Source: the human T2T-CHM13v2.0 reference genome, Homo sapiens. From it: 64,000 bases of DNA. The notes below the pieces were generated by a model. That model searched no databases, was not told the origin of the DNA, and saw only the letters and a list, made by a program, of their open reading frames with translations. The DNA lies in assembly GCF_009914755.1 (NCBI RefSeq), contig NC_060927.1; one strand, written 5' to 3'. Both the position numbers and the translations under genes were made by a program. Shown in pieces: positions 1-16,183 of the stretch (position 1 is the stretch's first letter; each line of letters begins with the position of its first letter).

Positions 1-566
1 TAAAAATTAGAGATTCCGAAGTGATGATGACATCCTCCAACCGCTAGATGGAACGCAGTTCTCCCACACCATGGCCATGACTGCTCATTTGAACTTGCTG
101 CTTCATGGTCATAAGGCCAGGACTTCCTGGCTTCCTCATGAGCCACCACATTTTCCATATTTTTAGAGCATTCTTCCTACAGAAGAAACCTATTTTGCAT
201 TGTTTTTACAACTATCTTTTTTGTTGTTGTTCTAATGTTGCCAAGGAATCAAGAACCTCAAAACCTATCTTCTTCTGAGGTCAAGCCATCCACTCACAGG
301 ACTTCTCAAGCTGGAGCCCTTAGTTGAGCTGATTTTACACAATCGAGTAGAGAAATAAAATGGCTTTTTGTGGTGAGCATCTGCTGTTTTGTTAAAAATG
401 TGGTTAAAGACATTAACAAAAGTGACATTACCAGCTGTTGTAATGTCAAGCAGCTTAGCTAAACTGTTTTTTATCAAATGACAACATATGACACCCAAAT
501 CAATTCCAAACCAATAACACATTGTTACTTGTAAAACAGAGCTGAATGAGAGTGAGAATGAGAGCA

Positions 567-604
567 TGTGTGTGAGTGTGACAGAGAGAGAGAGAGAGAG
601 AGAG
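567..604. repeat. (TG)/(GA)n microsatellite
   Basis: Short TG run followed by (AG)~11. Confidence 0.9.
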
Positions 605-2337
605 GTTAATTAAAATACAAATTCAAATTTCTCCTGAAGTAGGAACAACAGACAATATGATCCTGATAATTTTCATTAAGAAATTTTTAACTTTATCCCA
701 GACAAAGCAAAAAAAAAAGACGATTATGCAATCCATATTCTTACACAAGAAACAGTGTATTTCTTTTGTAAAATTCTTGTAATAGCAAAAAGATATGACG
801 GAGTTTCTGGCCACTTAAAATCTGACTTGGCTTCTGTCCTTCAGCCATATACCTCCTAACGAGTATGACAATAACAGAAGAACTGACTTGTGTGGCTATG
901 TTTGGTCTCTCTATTTTTATCTGCCCATCATGTTTAATTATCAGGCTATTAAAAGGTGGCAAATCGGTAGCATTGCCAACTGCGTTGTCCCTATGGCTGA
1001 AAAGCCTGTGGCAGTTGAAACAACCAAACCCTTCCCATGGGCATCACGAAGCTTGTAAAAGCAAAACGGCACAACGTCTGCCTGCCTGCCATAGTCATGG
1101 CCAATCCTGAATAAATGTTTAATTTCCACAACTGTGATGAGGGTAGGGCCTGATTTGTGCCAGTGCTTAGGAATCTCCGGGTATTTCATGTGCACAATTA
1201 TTAATAGTGTAATTCACAAATGCCAAGTCTACCCTTAAGGCCTGAGCTCAGTCCTGCTCTGCTAGAGTTGGTGTGACTTAGTCATCAAGAAAGAAGACAC
1301 TTTCAAGGGCATGATTCCTCCTGGAAGAAAAACAAAGGAGTGTGCTTAGGGGATAGGACGCTTGCCAGGAACAGAAGGTACGCTGCACATGGAGAGTGTT
1401 TCGAGGTAGGTAACTCAGGAGGGACCTGCATTTGGGGGAAAAAAAAACCCAGAACCAACAGAAGCAGCAGAAATAAACAAGCAGGTGTGTGCCTCTATGT
1501 CTACTACATGAAAGGAAAACAGGGCTGAAAGTCACAATCAGCATATGGAGACACACAAAGAGGGGCACCTGGGAAAATCAATGTGCATCAGGCTCGATGG
1601 TGCCTGCTTCCTCCAGGAGCTCACTGCATTATCACAGGTGGATAAAGTCACCCCTTCAATGGGCACAAGTAGATCACTCTTCTCTGCTGAGATTGGATTA
1701 AAGGCGACACTGATGCTAACAGCAAGAAGAAGGTAAACCGGACGTTGGAAAGAATTTTCAACAGCAAAGCCACAGTACAGGACAGATCACCAGGAGAAAT
1801 GTATGGGGAAATGTTAGAAAAGTATGGAAAGCCCTAGAAATTTCAAAAGTCCAGCTCTGTGAGGAGACAGAGGAAGGGGCAGAATGACCTGAAAGGCCAT
1901 TCTAGTGCTATTACTATACATAGGAAAGCTTCCTTGAGGGCATTACGTTTTAGGTTTCCAATAAAGGAGAGACCATTTTCAATATTTTTTAAAATTTTGT
2001 TGTGTCATTTTATAATAACTTCCAATGTAGATCTTTTAATTTTACTCTTGCAATAAACCTGTACATTTTCTATAGGCACCTGCCTATTTAAGTCCTTTAT
2101 TACAGAAGAGGTAGAATATAGGCCAAATGCCAGAAGTAAGGGTCGGTTACAAATTCTCAAGTGCTTGTTTATTTCTGGATTACTTTATTGACTCATTTAT
2201 GTAACCAATGAGATCGTGCAGTCCAGCCTCAGTTTCCCTAAATATTTAGAAAACAGGTTGACCATGGGATCATAGTAGTGGGGCATCTGGTTTTCTTCTG
2301 ATAGTGCTATTTGTTAAATATTCTGTATTATCAGATG

Positions 2338-2522
2338 CCCTACTGTGTGCCTGTATATAGACTTCATCTTATTCTAATGCTAACTTTATGAAATGCATTT
2401 CATTTTTACCTTCTTTATAGATGAGAAACTCGCTAGCAATCACAATTAATATGAGGAGAAGTTAAAATTGGAACCCATGACTGATTTCAGAGCCAACATT
2501 TTTTAGTCACTACGCTATACTC
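2338..2522 (-). mobile_element. MIR fragment
   Basis: 'ttatagatgagaaact...cactacgctatact' matches the reverse complement of the MIR core and 5' end. Confidence 0.6.
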
Positions 2523-2864
2523 CTACCTATAAACTTCTAAAAACACTGCTCACAAGTACATCATTCCCCTATGGCTTCCCTGGATATTGAGAGACCTGGA
2601 TTATAATTGGAATTTTTGACTAAGGTAAACATTTCAACCACAAGACCTGATAGAATCTTTCCTATGAGAATTGGTCTCAGGCTTACAACAAAACTAGCAA
2701 GTTCTTCCAGGGTACAGAGCACCCCTGTTTGAGGCAAGACCCAGAACTTTAAAAAATTCTAACAAAGGTCCTAGTTTCTCACACAGAGCTCTTGGTTTTG
2801 GATAAGACGACTTTAGCCTAGGCTGGACTGAAGACATGAGGGGAAGTTCTGCAAAAGACATTGT

Positions 2865-3045
2865 GCACACATTATCTCTTTCACTGCCCTATGGCCCCGT
2901 AAGATGTTCCTAACCTGGAAACTGAGAACTGCACAGGTCAAGTAAGGTGTCCAAACTCACCCAGGTCCTAAGAAACAGAGCACAGATTCAAGCCCAGTTG
3001 TATCTGCCTCCAAAATGAGTGCTCTTTTCTGTTACAATACATGCT
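2865..3045 (-). mobile_element. MIR fragment
   Basis: 'ggaaactgaga...ggtcaagtaa...gattcaagccc...tctgcctccaaa' is the MIR core in reverse. Confidence 0.65.
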
Positions 3046-3109
3046 ACTATGTCACCTCCAAAGGTAGGTAGGTACTACCTTTACCCACACGCGTGTTCTT
3101 GAACTCCCC

Positions 3110-3810
3110 TTACATCTCACCTAATGTGAAAAGCCTGCATGACCCCCTGGGACATATAAGGCCCTGGGTAGTCCACAACCACCACCCCTCCACGTACACA
3201 TCAGCCCCCTTTCTTCCTGTTAACTGCCACAGAAGCCTCCTTCTGTTCCTCCAAGGCCCCCTGTGCTTTCCTTTGTACATGTGGTTCCCCTGTCAAGAAA
3301 ACTGTTCCCTACCCATCTCTGCCACCTTGCTGACTCCTGCTCACCCTTCAGACCTCCCTGGAGGAAGCCTCTCCAGCATCCCTGGCCAGGCCAGATTTCT
3401 ATGGTTTACAGCAGAGTTTCTCACCCTCAACACTGTTCACATTTGGGGCCGGGTGATTCTTTGCTGTGGGGTCTGCACCGAGCATCATGGAAAGTTTAGC
3501 AGCATTCACTAGATGCTGGTAGCACCCACCCCTCAGTTCTGACAACCAGAAATGCCTCCAGACGTTGCCAGAAGTCCCTAGAGGACAAAATCACTCCTAG
3601 TTGGGAAACACTGATCTATTGCTCTTTAGAATCACTTTCCTTATCTTCAGAGCACTGGCTCCAGAGCACAGGATGTGCTTCTGTCATTCTTTGACCATCT
3701 CCTCCACGTGAAAATGAGTTTCTTAAAGGCAGAGACAGTGCTGGCTTCTGCTCACCCTTAAATGTCCAGTGTTCAGGGGCATGCCTGGCTCAAAGCAGGA
3801 TTCCAACAAA
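3110..3810 (+). mobile_element. L2 3' region, interrupted by MER20
   Basis: L2-type motifs 'tttgtacatgtggttcccct', 'ctcctgctcacccttcagac', 'aaaggcagagac...atgcctggc'. Confidence 0.6.
3412..3613 (-). mobile_element. MER20 (hAT-Charlie), near full length
   Basis: Termini 'cagagtttctca' and 'ttgggaaacactg'; internal 'gacaaccagaaatgcctccagacgttgcca' matches MER20 reverse complement. Confidence 0.9.
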
Positions 3811-4786
3811 AACATTTTTTTTGGAATTTCTCCCTAAAAAAGGTTTGGTGGGAGATCATAAACTTAAGTAGGTAGCTAGTGGAAGACTGCTGAAGCTTTT
3901 TTGAATAAAAAATAATGCCAGCAGAGTTCAGGTCAGGGGAAATGAATCCCTGGCAGGATGGACATTAACCAAACACCTAACACATCAGCAGAACTTTCTG
4001 CCAAAGGTGTTGAGAGGTTATCAGCAGCCCCCACAGCACAAACAGGTGTCAGAATGACATCCCACCAAAATGGCAGCAGGGCCCTAATTAAAAGAAGAGG
4101 CTGTTCTTTCAAGTATTGCCATGCAGCCATGGCACTGCTGGGATGTGTCAAATCACACCCATCTAAAAACACACACCACGACCTGACATCTTTGCCCAGC
4201 TGCACCATCCCACGTTTCCGTGATGGATATTAGAAAATAATGTAACCTCAACTGACAAGTTTATTAAGACACAGAAGACATTACAGAGGCCCTTTTGACA
4301 TTCCAATCTCTAACGCAGTCAGGGGGAGATGCTGACTTGCCATCATTATTGAAAGTAATTGGTCAAAAAAAAAAATAAAAGAGGTGAGAGAGAAGGAGAG
4401 CAATCCTATAAAGCTGTCAGGTTAATTATTTGGCCTACAGGTGTGCTCAGTGCTCTTGATCTGCCTACCACTGGGCTTGCCAGTGCTTTGCCAGTGTTTT
4501 CTCCACCCTCACTCCTAGTTTGGGATAGTTCAATCTAAAGCTAAGAGAGTACATTTAAAGCAGAATTTTACCTTGGCCAAGTTATTTCCTTGCCTAATTA
4601 TACCTACGTACCAGTCCAAATCTCCATTCTTCCCTATGGCTCTGTCCAGTTGGCATACCAAACTCCAATTTTCCAGGACAGATAACCCAGTTAGAAACAA
4701 CCGACTTGTGTGAAATGCCACAGAGAGTCACAACGCAAAAACAAGTTTTATTCAGATTGAATTTAATTTCCTAGGCAGTTTAGATC

Positions 4787-4900
4787 ACAGATCCGAAACC
4801 CAGACATTTTCACAAGCCAGGCAAATAACCTGAATGAGTCCAGTGAGTCAGATGGGAGCCAAAAGGAAGTGATGAGGATGATGACAAACAGGAACAGCAG
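4787..4900 (+). mobile_element. MER102-like DNA transposon fragment
   Basis: 'gccaggcaaataacctgaatgagt' resembles the MER102 5' region. Confidence 0.4.
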
Positions 4901-6189
4901 GCTGTGAGCTCAGTGTTAGCAGAGAAAACCCACCGTGCCAGGGAAGCTGCTGATGCTACTCCCTGGCTCTAGGTCCACCACACGCAGAGTAGATGCTCAA
5001 TTAATATTCAGTGAATGAATGAATGCCTGCCCAAGCATTCACCCTGTTGTTTCCATGTCTGTTATTTCCACCAGAAGAATGTTTTGTAGGCTTAAATCTC
5101 CAGTGCCTTCAGCGCAACTGTCATTTGGAAAGTGGTGAACTTTAGGAATTAAAGAATGGAAACAAAGAGTACATGGGAGTCACTAATGCATGTGGGAGAT
5201 ACTATTCATGCCACTTCCAAGAATGGGGAATCCGTACAGCTCATTGTCATAAGTGATGTTATTTCCAACTTGTTATGGGTGAGCATTATTTAGAATAGCT
5301 TGGAAGACCACAATATTTTGCAATAGACATGGTAGCCTGTCAGGGATACAAAATGAAGACTAAGACTAAGAATGTCAAATGAGATTATAAAGATACCTAT
5401 CTTTGCTCAAATAAGCAAAGGGAAAAAGTACACCCTCTGCCTCTTCTCCTCTCCTTAAATTCCTTTTCCCCTTACTCTCTCAAGGAGTAAATATATATGC
5501 TCATATATACCAACATAAAAAGGACATTGGTAGAAGCAAACAATACAGAAGAGTATAACGGGAAAAATACAGGTCCCACTACTGAGAGGTGTCCTCGGTG
5601 AACAATTTCAGGGCTGTGTGTGTATATTTACGTGTGAAACATAAATAGGATCGTGATACCTTACAGCAACTTCTGTTTTTTTCACCGGACATCTATGGCA
5701 TTTTTTTATACTTACAAAAATGCCTCCTTTGCTCTTTTTATCTACTGTTCCATAAAAACTCACTTTATAAACACAAAAGGCCAATTTTTCTCACATTCAT
5801 CAAGGAAAGGCTCCTGTAATATTGTGCTCTTTTTTCTACCTCCAATATTATGTTTAAGCAAATCATGAGAATCAATTAAAAAGTGGCTAACATTGGCTTG
5901 TTTCTACTGTAAGGACTGTTTTTCCATAATTTGGGCTTGAAAAAAAATAGGGTTGTCAAAGCATGAGGTAAGTAGAAGAGAAGCATTAACCAGGGGTGTT
6001 AGGAACAGGAAATGTATTTTTGAGGAAGGTTTTGGAAGAGGAGTTATGCATCCAAAGGGTTCAGAATTATGGGCCAACTATTCCTATGTACAAATTGAAG
6101 ACATTATATAAACACTACAAGAACTGAATGCATACTCATCTTTGGCTGCTATTTCAAACTTCCAGGGACAAATATTTGTCCTTATTATA

Positions 6190-6425
6190 AACATACATCC
6201 AATATGTGTTAAGTGCTCAGAACATGTCAAGCAGTGTGCTAAGCAGTACCCATGTACTATCTCACTTAATTCTCAGATTCACCCTGAAAGTAAGGTACTA
6301 TTATTATCTCCAGTGGAAAGATGAAGGAATTCAGGCTTAAGGCTACACAAAGATTAGTGAGACAGCAAAGATGAATCCCAGCAATCTATCTCCAGAACTT
6401 GGACCCTATGACCTTCACATTATAC
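6190..6425 (-). mobile_element. MIR
   Basis: 'gtgctaagc...atctcacttaattctca...aaggtactattattatctcc'. Confidence 0.7.
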
Positions 6426-6699
6426 GTTTAAAAATGTCACAGACAGATGGACACATAAAACTGTGTTGCTTTCATGTCCTGGGTTTCTCTTCTAAAAGCA
6501 AAGCATATTTTTGTTTTCTCTTTCCCTAACTAGATTTCCATTTTCTTTGGTGAGCTTAAGGGAGTGCCCTGCCACCTTAATACCAAATATTATATCTAGG
6601 GTGAGAAGGAGAGAATAGGAAGAGCAAGCAGCAAGGGCCTTCAGAAACTATTTGTACTTGCCTCCCAAGATAGGGCAGCTTGACCTTATCCATGTGGCT

Positions 6700-7060
6700 G
6701 ACAGTCCAGTTGCTCTAGTCATGCACCTGTGAGACTACTTTCTGCTCCCTAAATATGCCAAACACACACCATGCTTTGCATGGGAACTCTCCCACCCCTC
6801 GACACTACCCAGTTATTCACATGAAGGAGTCTTCACTTTCATCAGATTTCTGCTCAAAGACTGTCTTTCCCCCCTTTCTAAGAGTTCTGCCTCATTAACC
6901 TCTTATCCTATAATCTGTTTTGTGTTATTTTTGGTACTTGTGGAAATAAAGTGCCATACACAGTCAAGTGTTTTGTGAATGTCACCATCACTTTAAGCCT
7001 CATAGATATCCCACTTCTGGAACAATAGAAGTATGATGCTTGATAACTATTTGTTGACTA
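6700..7060 (+). mobile_element. L2 3' fragment
   Basis: Diverged L2 tail ending 'gatgcttgataactatttgttgactaaa'. Confidence 0.5.
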
Positions 7061-7506
7061 AAATAATACATTGCATACTACTTGAAACACACCTCTTATT
7101 CTAGTAGGAATTATCTAATCAAAGTTTGTGCATGTATGTAAATATATCCATATATACACATGCATATGTGTACACACACACACATATTTGCATTTTGCAG
7201 TTTAGACTCTTAATTACCAATAGAGGAAACTCAGTAAGTAGCATGATAGAAATGCAACTAGTATAAACCAACTGAATTACAAACACAGGACTTAGAGGAT
7301 AACTGGGCATTGCAATAATTGTGAAGGAAGATGCTTAGTGAATGATTAGAGGGCAACTATGTTCTGATATCTGTGAATGAACTGCACAGTCTTCATTAAT
7401 TTCACAGAAAATTCATTTTTGTCCTGTTGCCTATCCTGCCATGAAAGTGGAGAATTGCTCAGAATCCAGCTTTAGATAATAACATTTGTAAAAAATTAAA
7501 ATTTGT

Positions 7507-7800
7507 GGCAGGGCGTAGTGGCTCATGCCTGTAATCCCAGCACTTTGGGAGGCTAAGGCAGATCAGTTGAGCTCAGGAATTTGAAACCAGCCTGGGCATC
7601 ACAGTGAGACCTCACCTCTACAGAAAAAAAGCAAAATTAGCCAGGTGTAGTGGTATGCGCCTGTAGTCCCAGCTTTTTGGAGGGGGAAGATGGGCTGAGC
7701 CTGAGAGGTTGAGAACTCAGTGAGCCGTGATCACACCAGTGCACTCCAGCCTGGGTAAGAGAGTGAGACCCTGTCTCAATAAGTAAGTAAATAATAAACA
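7507..7800 (+). mobile_element. AluJ
   Basis: Dimeric Alu with J-type 'gtgagaccctgtctc'; TSD 'aaatttgt' on both sides. Confidence 0.93.
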
Positions 7801-9711
7801 AATTTGTTATCAACTTGTCCTGAGTTGATCAAGTTGCTATAGTTAACTATGAATTTATTTCTGATTTTGATGTTCATAGTTGCAGAAACTCCAAAAACTC
7901 CTAGTCAGTACACAGACGGAGGCCTGGCAATAAACACTTGAAAGAATTGCCTGTTGGATGAATGAATGAAACAAGAGACCGACAGACTTCATCCCTCCAG
8001 AGAGATATCTTCTACTGCTTCTCTATGATTGTTAGGCCGATGTAATTAATCTAACACATGGAGCAGATTTTACCCTTCATTTTCAAGTACATTGTCTATT
8101 AGCAGCGTCCATGAGCCCTCTGATTACGCAAGGTTCCTGTTAATGGATCTCTGCCAATACCAACCATCAAGCTAATGATCTGAGCTTGCCAGCTCCAAGG
8201 TGAAGGACCACTCTTGGGCATATCTCTCCAGGACTCAAAGAAGAATCCCCTCTCCAAATGATCTTGGAGAAGCAGGTGTCCACTCTGCCTGCCAGAGGCT
8301 CTGCCAGCACAGGGTGGGGGCATCAAGGGAGGAGAAAATAAAACCCAGTAATTCATATGGGTTGAGATTATTGACTTCACTTTCAAAGAAGATAAAGTGA
8401 AAAAGGAAGAACCGTGTTTTTGAAAGGTAAGACAGGGGACATTATCCTGCGTTTCATCAAGTCAGCTTTTTCATGTCAGGCGATGGTATATCTCCTGTAA
8501 CTTGTCAATGGCACCACACAGTGAAGCTAAAAGGTTGAAGATTATTTTTGTAACGATTGATACTCTTTCTGCCACAGCAGTCAAGCATCTGAAGATTCTT
8601 CCTTTCTCTCCTCTGCTCTGGTGAATCCTTTTAAAGTTCTTGGGTGAAAGAGCTGCAAACCCCAGCAGATATCAAACCTGAAACACTAACTTGACATATC
8701 GGGATGTGTGCTGCTATATTCACTGCTTGGCTTCAGGCCCCTTCCAGAGCACTTGAAATACAGTTGGAGGATTCTTTGAATATGGGGTAAAAGTACGTGG
8801 ATGACCTAGATTGTCAAAGGATTCTCTTCAACCAAATAAGAAAGTAAGTTTGGGTCAGCACATGCTATCAGCTAGAAAGACTGCTCAAAATTGTGTGTGC
8901 CAAAATAATGAAAGAACGTGCCAATACGTCAATCCACGTTTGTTTCCTGCCCCCGTTCCTGCCACTTCACAGCTCTAAATAGAAACACACGAAGAGAAAT
9001 TCCAATGAAACAAAAGGAATATCTGAAGGATCTCACAGCTTTCAGGGGTACTGTAATACCCTGAAAACAGTGTGGTTATTCCGGGCTCCACAAACTAGGT
9101 AGAAATAAACATCCATCATTGCATAGGGCAGGAAGAACAGCAAAAGCATGTTGGCTAATTTATAAATGTCACATACAGTGTTCTTTGTTTCATTGCATAG
9201 GGAGGCAACGTAATGAAAACATTAAAAACCATCTTTTGGTGATAATTGTTGTTTTAAACTGACAAATTATATAAGTCAAAGTGAAATAATCTTTGCAACT
9301 CCATAGAGAAACAGAAAACTATTAAGGCCCTTAGAAACATCACAACCCATGTTCCCCTTTCAAAGGTTAGAATAATCCTGAGTATATTTTGGGAAAGTAA
9401 TATCCTAAGTCAGTAAAAGGTCAGTGACAGGGAAGATTCTTCCACATCTTCAGGAGACAAAAAGTCCCCTGGAGAAGAGAAACCAGGTTCCCTGGTGACA
9501 TTCCGCAGAAATCTCCAGCTGTTAGAAGAACTTGGATCTCCGAGGCCACCCAAACTTCAACTTAAGAATGCAACAAAGTGGGGATGAAACAGTTCCCGGG
9601 AGGGAGGAGGTAGAATAAAAATGGAAGCAAAGCTACCCTACAGCACTAATCTGTAAACCTGCTTCAATTGGCAAGAAAAAGAGGAAGTACTACACATGCC
9701 TGAAATGACAA

Positions 9712-10215
9712 TGTAGCACATGGAATGGACCTCTGCTGTTTTCGATGATCCAGCATTCCTCCTGATTTTCCTTTGGGAGAATCATTTTTCACCTACTCAC
9801 AGTTCACATGATTGGAGAAGGCGCCTTCTGGGTACAGGCATATAACTAAACTGAATAATCCATTCCCTGACTTCATCTTTCCTGTGCGAGTTGGTCCAAG
9901 GACTTTTGTTGAAACCACTGGAAGAGAGTGGCTTTCTTGACAGCAGGTTAATAAGATGGATGGAGGTAATCAGGTTGGCAAGTGGCTGGGCAACTGTCCT
10001 TATCACCATACAAAGGAAATCTTCCAGAGAACAAAGGAATCACAGAAGGAAGTGGATGTGAAAGACAGCCAGAGATTCCCAACAATATATGATTCTGTAA
10101 ATCCAACCATGAATGAAGCTTGGTATCCCCACTATTTGAGCCAATAACTCCTCCTGTTGGCTGAAGTTACTTTGACATGCATTCTTATCACTTGCAACTG
10201 ATAATCCATCCCACA
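9712..10215 (+). mobile_element. MaLR solo LTR (MLT1K/L-like)
   Basis: 3' end 'gagccaataa...ttcttatcacttgcaactga' is typical of old MLT1 LTRs. Confidence 0.65.
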
Positions 10216-11465
10216 TGAGTATAAATGTGAAGAAATCATTCTAAGTACATCCACCTTACCAAATGGACCATGTCTTGCTCACCAGTGTGACCCCAGCACT
10301 TAGGACAAGAGATGATGTGAGAAGACTTCAAATTATTGTTCAATAATTTTTTTAATGATTATTTGTTAACTCATGAATTATCTTCCATATTCATATCTTT
10401 TAAAAATGAAAGAAAATCAAAGCAGGTTTCTCCTTTCTGTCTAAATCCTAGCAAGATCAAACACTGGGGAAAAAAATAACATTCTCCCATATCTATCTGA
10501 CCCCAGAAAAATTATTACTTCCAAATAGTATTTAGTTTTTGGCAGTTATTTATGAACAGGTAATCTATATAATTTAATAGATAAACCTATTTAATTATCT
10601 ATTTTTTCTCCCACAAACAGGAAGACCAGTGTCAAAATATTGAGCAACTCTCCTAAGAACAAGGCATGCAATCTCAAATTCCTGGTTTTCAGAAAAGGTT
10701 AATTGGACAAGCAAAAACAAGGAGCCAACTTATTGGGGAGAACTGGAGGCCTAGGAAAAAGAAAAGGCCCAACTTTCTATCCCCAACAGACACTTTGGGA
10801 ACTGATAAAATTAAACATTTTTCAAAGACCCTCCATTTCCTATTACCACAAGAAAGTCAAAATATTTCTATCTTTTAATTTAACTTTATCTTGCTTTTCT
10901 TTTTGAAATTTTAATTTAGGGCAATATTTCTGAGGGATGCTATTTTTTTTTAAATGCCTTCTTTCCTTCAGCTAATGTAAAACAAATAGTTACTCCTGGA
11001 AATTACTTTTTACTATTGGTTCCAAAGCTACAATTTGCAGCAAATAAAAGGACTCTTCCCTTCTACAGAAACATTCAGACAACTACATATTGAGAGGAAG
11101 GTTTATGTGTACTTGGAGCCTTTGGGTGATGTTCTCTTTGGCCATATGATGTGGTACTCCCATCAGCCTGCCATTTAGTGACTCCTATCAAAGCAAACCT
11201 CTCTAAAAACAGACACTTCAAAGAAGATGACTAATTGTGGGTGCCAACTGGATGCTGAATTGCTGAATTTCTGAATGGTTTCCATCTCATTTTCCAAAGA
11301 AAATGTAAAATTTCAGAGTAAAATTGCCACTTTTCTTTTTTCACGATGTAGTATTTGGTGGCTTTTAAATTCACAGCCTTCTATTCTTGGAATTTTTTAA
11401 ATTTTAAATTAACTTTCCTTCCTTCATTCCACATTCATGCATTCATTTAGTCATTCATTCATTCG

Positions 11466-11700
11466 TTTTTTTGGAGACAGGATCCTGTCCTGTATACAGC
11501 CCAGGCTGGAATGCAGAGGCATCATTACAGTTCACTGTAGCCTCGAACTTCTGGGCTCAAGCAATCCTCTTGCCTCAGCCTCCCAAATAGTTAGGATTAT
11601 AACCATGTGCCACCCTGCCCAGCTATTTTTTTTTTATAAATGGGATCTCACTATGTTGCCCAGATTTGTATCATACTACTGGCCTCAGTGATCCCTCTTG
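11466..11700 (-). mobile_element. AluJ (5'-truncated) inserted at an L2 tail
   Basis: 'ctcactatgttgcccag' and 'gggctcaagcaatcctc'; preceded by the (CATT)n L2 tail. Confidence 0.88.
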
Positions 11701-11709
11701 ACCCCTCAG

Positions 11710-12560
<851 letters not shown>

Positions 12561-13403
12561 CTGTCTACTAGTAATAGAAATGATCCAATTTACTCCATTA
12601 AAGAAACAAAACTGGATATATTCAACACATTTTCTCTGTATCTAACATTTCAGTAGAAGTGATATAAAGATTGCTACCACATATTCTGCTTGCTTCACCT
12701 ACATCTTACTGTATGATATGGGTAACGAATAAAACACATTCCCCCTATCTCCATTCTGTATGTATATACCATTATTTTATTTCATCATGGTATCTGAAAA
12801 GCAATTATAAATCATGATTACAGCAGCTGAAATTTGCTGAAGACTTACTATGAGCACGGCATTGGACCAACTACTTTCTGTCCATTTCCACACTAAAATC
12901 AGCTACAACCTTAAACAGACTGTCCCATCCAAAGCTAGCCTCTCAGGTTGAAAGATCATGATGGATTATGCAGCAGGGACCCACCATTCCCAGACTGGTA
13001 TCTTAGGGTCCAGATTCCATCCATCAGGCACACCTGGGAAGAAGGCAACCTCACTTGGCCTTCTATTCACCAGTGAATCTCAAGTATCTCTAATGATACT
13101 TGTGGTAGTGCAGTTTTCTGAGTCAGCCACCCTGGTATGAATTAGACTGGGTAAAGTGAATGTTCATCCATGGATGCAGCTTTCCATTTTTTAGTGGCTT
13201 ATAACCAAGGCATACTGCTCTTAGGAGTTTATTTCAGAGAAAAAAAGTATGAACAGCCACCATCCTTAAATGTACAACCTTTTCTCTGCAACAGCTTGTC
13301 CTTAAATCCAGGACACAGGATGACAAATGGGTTTCCCTGCCAGGTCCTGAGAGGTCTGTGGGAAGGTGAGGCCTAGGCAGGAGTGGAGATCAACGAAGCA
13401 TGA

Positions 13404-13986
<583 letters not shown>

Positions 13987-14419
13987 TGTTTCTAATATTT
14001 TTAAGACTGAAGTGCTTTTTAAAAAGAAAAAAAAATCTTATGGCTACACCACAAAAATGCAGTGTCCTTGGGTAAGGGACCCACCCAAGCCCCTTGGCCT
14101 TTTACTTTCCAGGTATCATTTTTCCCTTTGATAGTACTCTTGTGTCTGCAAAAAATGCTCTGTCTTGATATGCTCCTGGACTGTAAGATTTTGATTGTTT
14201 TGTTTTATATTTTGTTTATGTTTATATGCATCTTATATTTCCCTGAAAACTAATTAACACTGTTGGCCTTTCTAACTGGAAAAAAAGTCTATTATTTTTA
14301 TACTAGTGTTACAAAACAGAAGTTCAGAGAGAAAATATAATTTGGCCAAAATCACATGGCTAATGAGAAGTCAAGTTGGAACCTGATTATAAATCTATTT
14401 GCTTTCAAGGTCCATGCTT

Positions 14420-14690
14420 TTTTTTTTCAAGCTCAGATAAATTTCACATAATATAAAATTAACCATTTAAAATAAACCACTCAGTGGCATTTATTAATAT
14501 CAATTCATAATATTGCACAATTATGTCTATCTAGTTCCAAAGCATTTTCATCATCCTAAAATAAAACGCCATGCCCACTCAGCAGTTATTTCTTATTTTC
14601 TTTTTCCCCAGCCCCTAGAAATGACCAACGTGCTTTCTGTCTCTATGGATTTACTTATTCTGGATATCTCATATAAATGCAATCATACAT
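14420..14690 (-). mobile_element. L1MB-type 3' end
   Basis: 'ttctgtctctatggatttacttattctggatatctcatataaatgcaatcataca'. Confidence 0.8.
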
Positions 14691-15664
14691 TTGAGTCACT
14701 ACAGCAGTTAACACAGTGCCTGGCACGTAGTGAATTTTAAAAAATATAGGTTGACTGTGTGAACGAAAGGATAGGGGTGGATAATGATTAAACCACCATA
14801 AAATCCTGAGATATTGTTCTAATATCCACTGCATGCTCTCCACAAATGCTCCTTCGAATTTTATCTTCTGTGACGATGACACTATGTCAACCTATCCACA
14901 GAGCCCAGCAGTGTTAATGCCGCATGTTAATAAAACACCCCTCTTTCCCCACAGAGCTGGATTTTTATAAAATGAAGCTTTAGAATCTAGATAACCAGGA
15001 CACAGTACACTGAATGTCTACTCCTAATATGTTTGCACAAAGCTAAACTACACATATTGCTACCTAAAATATAAAACTAATGTGAGTGCCTACAGAGGAA
15101 AATGTGGAATGCTGAATAGGGTGAACCCCCTGCTATTAGCCTGGAAATGATGACTCTGTTGTGAATCTGTCCTACAGGGTATCTCAGGGTCTGAGATAAT
15201 AGCATAATTATATATGCTAACTCTTCCTAGTTATAATATCTTGGAAGACAAAAGATATAGGGTAGGAGGGAAGAAAAGTTAAGCCAAACAAAAAGAAAAG
15301 ACTAAATTATTTTTACTCAACATAATGACTCTTTGGGAAGTCTAAATGGCAATACGAGCAAAGTTACAATGCATACTTCAGAAAGGAGAGGTAAGATAGA
15401 AGATAAAAGCTGTGCACATTTATACACATATTCTACAATGGACAATAAAATGAGAAATGCACAGTTTTTCAGAAGGGCAACAAGAACACCTCTACCTCCT
15501 CTAAAAATTAGGATATCACCAACAAATCGTTCACCAAGTTAGAAGCTGAAGCATTTTAAAACTCAATGCTATTAACAGCATACTTGATATAAGCAGAAGA
15601 CAGTGGGTTTCATTACTGTTAACTACCCTAGTACAACCCATAGAAACCATGACTCAGTCTGAAG

Positions 15665-16183
<519 letters not shown>

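Noticed and set aside
10600-10703. Plus-strand acceptor/donor pair (77-nt exon)
   Set aside because: Weak donor, unrecognised peptide and no neighbouring exons to support it
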